64,000 nt of DNA from Leptonemataceae bacterium. Lineage in GTDB: Bacteria; Spirochaetota; Leptospiria; Leptospirales; Leptonemataceae. The translations under genes were made by a program, and so were the position numbers. Every line of letters begins with the position of its first letter. The first letter of the stretch is position 1. The DNA lies in NCBI GenBank assembly GCA_965227295.1, contig OZ245742.1, forward strand, positions 160,001 to 224,000, given 5' to 3'. Under the pieces are notes generated by a model, which saw only the letters and a program-made list of their open reading frames with translations, was not told where the DNA came from and searched no databases. Shown piece by piece: positions 57,299 to 64,000 of this stretch.

Positions 57299-59473
57299 CT
57301 ATAGAGAGACTTTGGAATCCCCGCGATAATCCCCCGGAAAGCGCCGGTACTCCACACGCAGCAGCGACAGATCATCCACCAGTTCGCCGCGCCGCTCCAG
57401 CTCTTCCTGAATGGCCGCAAGATTGCCACCCGTGCGTTCGACGATTTCGAGAAAGCGACCGGGGGCGGCGGCAACCACGGACTTACCCGATGGCTGCAGT
57501 ACGCGCAGATCGTCCCGGCCGTCGGAGCCGGCGATGAGTACGTCGCCGGGTTCCAGCTGAATCTCCGCAACGACGGACTCCGGCACGTAGACCACGTTCG
57601 CACTCCCCCGAACAGTCTCGGCGCGGTCCACATCCAGCGAACCGATGGGATCCAGCGTCGCTTCGAGCACGCGGCGCGCCCGACCCGCGCGAAGTAACAC
57701 CGAAGCCGGATGGCCGGCATTCACGACGTAGGTCCGACCGGTGCGCTCTTCGGTAAGTCCGGCGACGAACGAGATCATCATGCGACCCTGAAACGAACGA
57801 AAGACGCGGTGCAGTTCCTCCACCAATCGCAGGAGCCAGTCCGAGGGCGCCCGGGTCCAGGGCGGCAATTGCCCGTCGGCGGTAATGTCCAGGAACGCGC
57901 GAAAGGCGGTGGCGAGAACCACGGCGCCGCTCGCCCCCTGCACGGACTTGCCCATGGCGTCGGCGTTCATCCAGGTGACGCAGGCCTCACCGTTAAAGTG
58001 CAGCTCCTCGGCCATGCAGAGGTCTCCGCCCAGTTCGCCTTCAAAGCCGCGAAACTCGAAACGTTTATGCTGACGAATGAACGAGTCGACGTAGATGCGC
58101 TCCGTATCCACCGTCCCCCGGGCCATGGGTTCCAGCACGCGGGAGATCAACAGATAGTCGCCGTCCTGTTGTTCTTTGAGGCGACTAACTTCTTCTAAAG
58201 ATCGCCTTAGCTCGGCGGTGCGTTGGTCCACCAGGTCCTCCAGGCTGTGGACATAGGTTTGCAAACGTTGATGTGCGAGCTGCAGTTCGTTCTGAATGCG
58301 ATCGTAGCGCCGCCAGACCGTAACGCCGGTGGCAATAAGTAACAACGAAAAACCGTACTGGGCCAGCGGTCCCGGCCACCACGGCCAGATGCCCAGGGCC
58401 CACAGCGCATCGCCCAGGCCCGGCAGGAAAAACAATCCGATGCCGGCCACCAGGATGCGCACCTCTCGCGGACCGCGACGCAGTACGTGGATCACGACGT
58501 AAATCGAAGCGAAACCGGGCACGAGCACCGCGTATAGATAGGCTCCGAACGTAGCCCGCGCCGGGACTAACGTTAGATTCACCAGCATAAAAGTTAGCGC
58601 CATCAACGTAAGCGTCCACGCCAGCAAACGCGCCGGTCGCGAACGCTCGGACACCCGTTCCAGAAACAGGGCCAGTGCCGCGGGCATCCAGTACAACGAA
58701 AAGTGCTCAATGTAAAACCACAGCAGCGGCACCGGTATGATGACGTGCTGCAGCCGCATGCTGCGATTGCCGATCATATACAATCCCACCGTCAGGCAAA
58801 AGAGCGCGAACGTCGCGTACACCGTCTCGTCCCGCGCCCGCAGGAACACCAGAAAGCCGCCGATGCCCGCGATGATCGCGAGCACACCGATCAGAAATCG
58901 CCCCACGTCCCGGCGCACGATGCGTTCCAGCAACTCCGCGCGACAGCCGAGGATCGGCGGGCCCCCGTCGATGCCGACGTTGCGAAAGTCCGACCAGATT
59001 TGCAGACTGAACATGCGTCGCCCGTCCGGGCCGGGGCCCGCCGAATTCGCGGCACCCGATGCACGCGACGCCGCCGGCAGCGGAATGAGATGATACGGCC
59101 GGCCGGCAAAACCCCGCGGACCGACCTCCGGATTGCCGAAGCGATAGATCTCGCGACCGTTCCAATGCGCGGTAAAGCTGAGATTGATGACGCCGAAGTA
59201 CACCGCGGGTTCGCTGCAGTTGTCCACCGGCGGCAGTTCCCGGCGCAGGTACAATCGCGTGGGTTCGTGAATGCGAAAAAAGAGTTGGTGCGGCCGGTCC
59301 GGGGATACGTCTTTCCAGTCGGCGTTGCGGGTGCAGGCACTTTCGTCCGGGCGGCAGACCTGCCAGCCGTCGGCGAGTGCGAACTGCGATGCGTTGTCCG
59401 GATTAGACGACGGCTGACACGAAAGTGCAAAAGCAAGCAGGAGCAAGACGCAGGCTGAGAACCGATGCAGCAG
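57299..59473 (-). CDS. 7TM-DISM-like sensor with SpoIIE/PP2C phosphatase
   Basis: Lipoprotein-like signal (LLLLAFALSC), extracellular beta domain, 7 TMs, then QQDGDYLL, LGGDL, DAMGKSVQG, GSDG and DDLSL; probable CTG start after GGAGG. Confidence 0.88.
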   Translation of the reverse strand: MLHRFSACVLLLLAFALSCQPSSNPDNASQFALADGWQVCRPDESACTRNADWKDVSPDRPHQLFFRIHEPTRLYLRRELPPVDNCSEPAVYFGVINLSFTAHWNGREIYRFGNPEVGPRGFAGRPYHLIPLPAASRASGAANSAGPGPDGRRMFSLQIWSDFRNVGIDGGPPILGCRAELLERIVRRDVGRFLIGVLAIIAGIGGFLVFLRARDETVYATFALFCLTVGLYMIGNRSMRLQHVIIPVPLLWFYIEHFSLYWMPAALALFLERVSERSRPARLLAWTLTLMALTFMLVNLTLVPARATFGAYLYAVLVPGFASIYVVIHVLRRGPREVRILVAGIGLFFLPGLGDALWALGIWPWWPGPLAQYGFSLLLIATGVTVWRRYDRIQNELQLAHQRLQTYVHSLEDLVDQRTAELRRSLEEVSRLKEQQDGDYLLISRVLEPMARGTVDTERIYVDSFIRQHKRFEFRGFEGELGGDLCMAEELHFNGEACVTWMNADAMGKSVQGASGAVVLATAFRAFLDITADGQLPPWTRAPSDWLLRLVEELHRVFRSFQGRMMISFVAGLTEERTGRTYVVNAGHPASVLLRAGRARRVLEATLDPIGSLDVDRAETVRGSANVVYVPESVVAEIQLEPGDVLIAGSDGRDDLRVLQPSGKSVVAAAPGRFLEIVERTGGNLAAIQEELERRGELVDDLSLLRVEYRRFPGDYRGDSKVSL

Positions 59474-59486
59474 AAAAACCTCCGGT

Positions 59487-59810
59487 TCAGCGCAAGTCCG
59501 CTTCCGAATCCAGGAAATCGATGCGGCCGCCCAGGCGCGCCAGTTCGAACAGGCCGCGCAGATTCTCGGGCACCGCCAGGAGGGCGAAGGCACCGCCGCC
59601 GTCGGCGATCTGCTTGCGCCAGTGAACGATGGCGGCGATGCCGCTGGAGTCGATGAAGTCCAGGTCTTCCAGGTCCAGGGCAAGGCGCATCTCATCTTGC
59701 TTTAGGAAGTTGTCCAGCAGACGCGATGCTTCCGGAACCGTGTAGAGATTCAGATCTCCCTTCAGGGCGACAATCTGGTAACCGCCGGCCGATCGAACTA
59801 AAAACTCCAT
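59487..59810 (-). CDS. STAS domain anti-sigma factor antagonist
   Basis: LKGDLNL and LDLEDLDFIDSSGIAAI motifs. Confidence 0.92.
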   Translation of the reverse strand: MEFLVRSAGGYQIVALKGDLNLYTVPEASRLLDNFLKQDEMRLALDLEDLDFIDSSGIAAIVHWRKQIADGGGAFALLAVPENLRGLFELARLGGRIDFLDSEADLR

Positions 59811-59908
59811 TCGGTGGATATGAGGTACGGGGAAAAACCGGCACAGTCAAGCCGATTTCCCTTGAAAATCCAGCCGAACACGACGGCACTAGACAGGACT
59901 GTTCTTCT

Positions 59909-60763
59909 ATGTATGCCATCGGTGAGTTCTCACGCAGGACGGGGTTGTCCATCCGGGCGCTGCGTTTTTATGATCGCGAAGGCATCCTGCGTCCCGCCCT
60001 GGTCGACGAAGACACGGGCTATCGTTATTACCAGCCCACCCAAATGCTCGACGCGGAGAAGATTGTCTTCTATCGCAACTGCGATCTACCCGTAAAGACC
60101 ATCGGGGAGCTCTTAAAGGCCCAGGCCGTGGGCGACGAACCGACGATCTTACGCATCCTGGAAGAGCACGAGGAAACTTTGCGCGAGCGCACGGCCAGCA
60201 TGCAACGCATGCAACGCTGGCTGCGAAACCTGCGACTGGAACACGCCGACGGAGTCGCTGACCGCCACGCCGGGGGCACCATTGAGATCGTCGACGCCCG
60301 GCCGCGGACCGTGGTGGTATCGAAGGGTTTCGGCGGCTACGATGACGTCTTTCCCCTCATCGAAGAGCTGATCGACTTCGCACTGTCGCAGGCGGATTTG
60401 AAGATCGACGGGCATCCGATGTTGCTCTGGGGCGAGGCCCTGGACGCGGATCGAACGCGCGGAGGGGCGACGGCCGTAGAAGTGGCCGTGCCGGTGACAG
60501 GGCGTTTCCGGCCCACGACGGAGCTGTTGCGTCGCAAGCTGACGGGCGGCCCCGTGGCCCGCCTCGTGTTTCGCGGTCCGCGCTCGGAATCCGGAGTGCA
60601 CTACGAGCGATTGTTCAGCTGGATCTTCGAGAACGACTGCCGGATTAGCGGTGGGTTTCGCGAGATCTTTTTGAATAGCCCCCGGGATGTAGGCGAGGCG
60701 CAGTATCTGACCGAACTCCAGGTCCCGGTGCTGGTGCCGGAGGCCAGGCGCGGCTCACAATAA
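59909..60763 (+). CDS. MerR family regulator with GyrI-like effector domain (BmrR/BltR-like)
   Basis: MYAIGEFSRRTGLSIRALRFYD...GYRYY; C-terminal REIFLNSP...TELQVPV. Confidence 0.92.
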   Translation: MYAIGEFSRRTGLSIRALRFYDREGILRPALVDEDTGYRYYQPTQMLDAEKIVFYRNCDLPVKTIGELLKAQAVGDEPTILRILEEHEETLRERTASMQRMQRWLRNLRLEHADGVADRHAGGTIEIVDARPRTVVVSKGFGGYDDVFPLIEELIDFALSQADLKIDGHPMLLWGEALDADRTRGGATAVEVAVPVTGRFRPTTELLRRKLTGGPVARLVFRGPRSESGVHYERLFSWIFENDCRISGGFREIFLNSPRDVGEAQYLTELQVPVLVPEARRGSQ

Positions 60764-60771
60764 GAAAACAC

Positions 60772-61077
60772 TCAGTTATCGCTGGTGTATCCGGCCAGAG
60801 CGACGGTAACGGGAATGGAGTCCGGATAAAAGGCGAGGCGCACGAATAGATACTCCTCTCCGTCGCCCGGTTCCGCGATCTCCGGATCCCCGCTCTTGCG
60901 AATGAATCCTTCCAGCAGAACTTCGCCGCCGTCGCCGGGAATCAAACGGCCGCGCAACAATGTGTACAGAACTTCGATGGAATCCTGCGCCGGCCGGTAG
61001 ACCGTAAACAGATCACCGTCGGACTCGACATATACCGAATTCTGCAACTCCCCGTTCAACAACATCCGCCCTTTCAT
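60772..61077 (-). CDS. hypothetical protein
   Basis: GAGGG RBS before ATG 61077; 101 aa (MKGRMLLNGELQNSVYV...). Confidence 0.5.
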   Translation of the reverse strand: MKGRMLLNGELQNSVYVESDGDLFTVYRPAQDSIEVLYTLLRGRLIPGDGGEVLLEGFIRKSGDPEIAEPGDGEEYLFVRLAFYPDSIPVTVALAGYTSDN

Positions 61078-61379
61078 ACGTACCCTCAACCTGATAGGGA
61101 ACAGCACTGCATCAAATGTCAAGTAGTTAATCATTACTAGCGGCATTTTATTATTATGAATACTACAGGAAGCATCAATTCTGCTGACGTTTCGCCGCCC
61201 CTGGGTAATTTTATTAAGTATTACATAACGATTCTTCCGGCGCCAGGCACCTGCACGCTTTTTCGGAAAAAGCCGGCTCGATGAAAGAGTCTGCAACTTC
61301 GAGGAAAAAAACGGCCCTGCCGCAGCGAGCCGGATCGTTTCGCGCTGGTGACCGCCCTGCACGGCGAATGCAGTAAGCC

Positions 61380-62588
61380 ATGCCTTCGCCACAAACTGTC
61401 GTTTTTTCGGTACTTCGCGGCTTTGCTCCGCCGGCCCTTTTGATTTGCATCGCCGCCTGCGGCCTCTTTGTTTCCCAGGAACATCCGCCTTCCCTCGAGG
61501 CCGGCGAAAACGTGGATGTACCCGCGGCCGTGCTCTACAGCTTCGGCAAACTCAGCGCCGACGGTACGACCCTGCGTACCGGAGATACGGCGCCGGGTGG
61601 TTCCCTCGTCAGCACCGGTCGACGCTCCCTGGGAAATCTGCAACTCCGGCGCACGGGAGCGCGCATCGTCTTTCTAATGCGTGAGAATGCAGAGTTAAGC
61701 CTGCGCGCCCGTCGCCGGGGTTCGGTGATGGACGTGCGCCCCATGCTGCGTCGCGGCGAAGCCCTGGTCAAAGTCGAAGGCCTCGAACCCGGCAGCGAAC
61801 GCCTGATCGTGCATACGCCGTCGGCGCGCATCGAAGTTCGCGGCACCCGCTTTCGCCTGAGCGCGGACCCGGACCAGGACTCGCGCACCGATCTCGCCGT
61901 ACACGAGGGCCGGGTCAGCGTCCGCCCGCGCATGGCGGCGCTGGAAGATCTTTCGCCGGAAATCCTGGAACGCAGTCGCGAGGCCGCGAAGCTGATCGGT
62001 TTCCTCGATCGCCACGAAACCACGGTCAACGCCGGAGAAGCCGTCGCCTTCGATTCCGGGGAAGCCGTAGCCGCGGCCCTGGAGCAGGCCCCGGAACTAA
62101 GACAAACTCTTGTGAAGTTAAGCAAACTGGACGTTTCGGGCGATCCGGCAGTCGCGGAGCAGGCCGCCCGGAAACTGGATGCAAGCCTGAGCGAAAACCG
62201 GAGCCGGGAACTGGAACAACTTGCAGCCGCCGTCGCACAAGAAGGGCCGGAGCGCCGGGAACTCTCCGCGGCGGAGCTGGACTCGGCGGCGAAAGAGTAT
62301 GCTTCCATGGTGACCGTGGAATCCGAAGTACTGAACGACCCGGCCCGCCTGAATACCAGGCTCAAGCAGATCGAAACGGAGCGCCGGGCAGAACAGGCCA
62401 CCGCCCGGGAACAGGCCCTCCAGAGGATCGCCCGGGAGACCGGCGGCTCCGTTCGGGTACTGCTGCTCATGAACGGCTCCAGCGTACGCGGTGTCGTACA
62501 GGAACAGGGCGAAGACTATCTTTTGATCACTCCGGAATCGCGGCGCGTCTACAAACGCGCCGAGGTCAAGCAGGTGCTGCTGCGGTGA
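61380..62588 (+). CDS. FecR domain-containing protein (LipL45-like)
   Basis: N-terminal signal with Cys and the FecR motif VHTPSARIEVRGTRF...VHEGRVSV. Confidence 0.8.
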   Translation: MPSPQTVVFSVLRGFAPPALLICIAACGLFVSQEHPPSLEAGENVDVPAAVLYSFGKLSADGTTLRTGDTAPGGSLVSTGRRSLGNLQLRRTGARIVFLMRENAELSLRARRRGSVMDVRPMLRRGEALVKVEGLEPGSERLIVHTPSARIEVRGTRFRLSADPDQDSRTDLAVHEGRVSVRPRMAALEDLSPEILERSREAAKLIGFLDRHETTVNAGEAVAFDSGEAVAAALEQAPELRQTLVKLSKLDVSGDPAVAEQAARKLDASLSENRSRELEQLAAAVAQEGPERRELSAAELDSAAKEYASMVTVESEVLNDPARLNTRLKQIETERRAEQATAREQALQRIARETGGSVRVLLLMNGSSVRGVVQEQGEDYLLITPESRRVYKRAEVKQVLLR

Positions 62589-62741
62589 GCATGCTCCCGA
62601 AACGTGGTGCATCCCGCGGCGATCCCGCCTGACGACGATTCACCCCGCCGCGCAGACCGTTCGCCCCGCTTTTTTTGCGTTTCGGCGCCGTCGCGGGTAT
62701 GGTATGCTTCTAAAATCTCACTCAACCATAAGGCTTCTGTA

Positions 62742-64000
62742 ATGTTTAAGAAAATTGCTATCGCCCTTGTCGTCGCCCTCGCGGCGTACGGCATCTATTT
62801 TGTGTTCGGCGCTCGCATTGAAGCGACGACGGACGTGGAGTTTTCCGCGGAATTCATACACGCGGACAAATACTGCGCGGACAAAGAAGTCACCACACTG
62901 AACTTCCAGCCCGGCCAGGAAACGGCCATTCAGGACGCGCTCAACTCGCTCAGCGAATGCACCACGGTCAACTTCGGAGCGGGTACGTATAAGTTCGGCA
63001 ACTCGGTGACCATCAACGGCATGAACGGCATCACCCTGAAGGGTGCCGGCAAGGAGCAGACGACGATCCAGTTCGTAAACGCCGGCAACGGCAACGGGGT
63101 GGACGTCGAATCCTCGCACTCCTTCACAATCCGCGATCTCACGATTCTCGACAGCCCGAAGAACGGCCTGGAGATTCGCCTCTCGGACAACATCATCATC
63201 GACAACATCAAGGTCACCTGGTCGAACACTTCCGGGCCGGCGAAAAGCAAAAACGGTGCCTACGGCGTGTATCCCGTAAACGTGAAGAACGTCCTGCTTC
63301 AGAACACGGACACCTACTTCGCCTCGGACGCCGGCCTCTACGTGGGCCAGTGCGTTAACGCCGTCGTACGGTACAATACGGCCGAACAAAACGTGATGGG
63401 CCTCGAGATCGAGAACACCGTCAACGCCGACGTCTACGAGAATACGGTCCAGAACAACACCGGCGGCCTGCTCGTGTACGATCTCAACAAGAACACCATC
63501 GTCACACGCAACATTCGCTTTCACAAGAATGTCGTGAAGAACAACAACAATCCGAACTTCGGGAACGCCGGCATCGTGAAAAGCGTGCCGTCCGGGGTGG
63601 GCTTCATCATCACGTCGGCACGCGAGGTCGAGGTCTTCGACAACGTCTTCGAAAACAACAACAGCGTGGACATCGCCGTCGTGAGCGGCCTGGTCGCGGT
63701 AACCTCGGACTTCGGTGAATGGGAACAGAATAACTTCCGTACGCATTCCATTTATATTCACGACAACACCTTCAACGGCGGCAGCGGCGACTCCATCGAC
63801 AACGGTGAGACGAATGCCCAGGACCGCCCCCTGGGCGTGCTGGTGGACATGGTCTACGAACAAATCAACAACGTGCGCAAAGAAAAAGGCCAGGCGCCGA
63901 CGGACGTTCACAACGTCCTCTACGACGGCGTGGACGACGGCAAGACGATCCTGGCGCTCACGAACACCTGGTTCGGCAACGTCCCCGGCAATCACAACAA
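62742..64000 (+). CDS. parallel beta-helix repeat protein (partial, runs off window; absent from ORF track)
   Basis: ATG 62742: MFKKIAIALVVALAAYG...IQDALN...NGAYGVYPV...ASDAGLYVGQ...NVMGLEIENT...NNTGGLLVYDL; open to the end of the window with strong codon bias. Confidence 0.88.
   Translation, partial: MFKKIAIALVVALAAYGIYFVFGARIEATTDVEFSAEFIHADKYCADKEVTTLNFQPGQETAIQDALNSLSECTTVNFGAGTYKFGNSVTINGMNGITLKGAGKEQTTIQFVNAGNGNGVDVESSHSFTIRDLTILDSPKNGLEIRLSDNIIIDNIKVTWSNTSGPAKSKNGAYGVYPVNVKNVLLQNTDTYFASDAGLYVGQCVNAVVRYNTAEQNVMGLEIENTVNADVYENTVQNNTGGLLVYDLNKNTIVTRNIRFHKNVVKNNNNPNFGNAGIVKSVPSGVGFIITSAREVEVFDNVFENNNSVDIAVVSGLVAVTSDFGEWEQNNFRTHSIYIHDNTFNGGSGDSIDNGETNAQDRPLGVLVDMVYEQINNVRKEKGQAPTDVHNVLYDGVDDGKTILALTNTWFGNVPGNHN

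Noticed and set aside
57199-57720. N-terminal 170 aa of the 2394-aa ORF as called in the track
   Set aside because: It overlaps the SpoIIE gene in another frame; the signal peptide indicates a start near 57198-57216.
59860-59900. MerR-type long-spacer promoter with GCCG...CGGC dyad
   Set aside because: The dyad is short and the -10 placement does not fit a 19-20 bp spacer; too weak to call.
62718-63995. 425-aa minus-strand ORF in the track
   Set aside because: It is the antisense shadow of the plus-strand beta-helix gene starting at 62742.

Overview
GC-rich chromosomal segment, almost certainly from a Leptospiraceae-type spirochaete. The evidence is a clear fcpA flagellar-coiling gene plus Leptospira-style SpoIIE phosphatases, a FecR/LipL45-like protein and a plant-type FNR. 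Most of the window is housekeeping, envelope and signalling genes: dapF, folK, a semialdehyde dehydrogenase, MscS, a rhomboid, an SLC13 permease, a Gld-like ABC transporter, STAS/SpoIIE/sigma partner-switching parts, class III cyclases, and a CDP-3,6-dideoxyhexose (rfbFGH) sugar cluster. It also holds a ~2200-aa SpvB/FG-GAP/RHS protein. The standout is a compact operon at 19188-21609: a 52-aa Pup-like protein ending in GGE, a PafA-family (Pup ligase) gene with a large transmembrane insertion and altered active-site residues, and a lipoprotein. No proteasome, ARC or Dop genes lie in the window, so this is a candidate membrane-associated pupylation-like system in a spirochaete. Other observations are an inverted pair of hairpin-rich REP-like elements upstream of fcpA, an internally deleted cyclase pseudogene, an AT-rich orphan gene and two probable non-canonical start codons. 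I saw no rRNA, tRNA or CRISPR array. All family calls come from motif recognition by eye, not from database searches.
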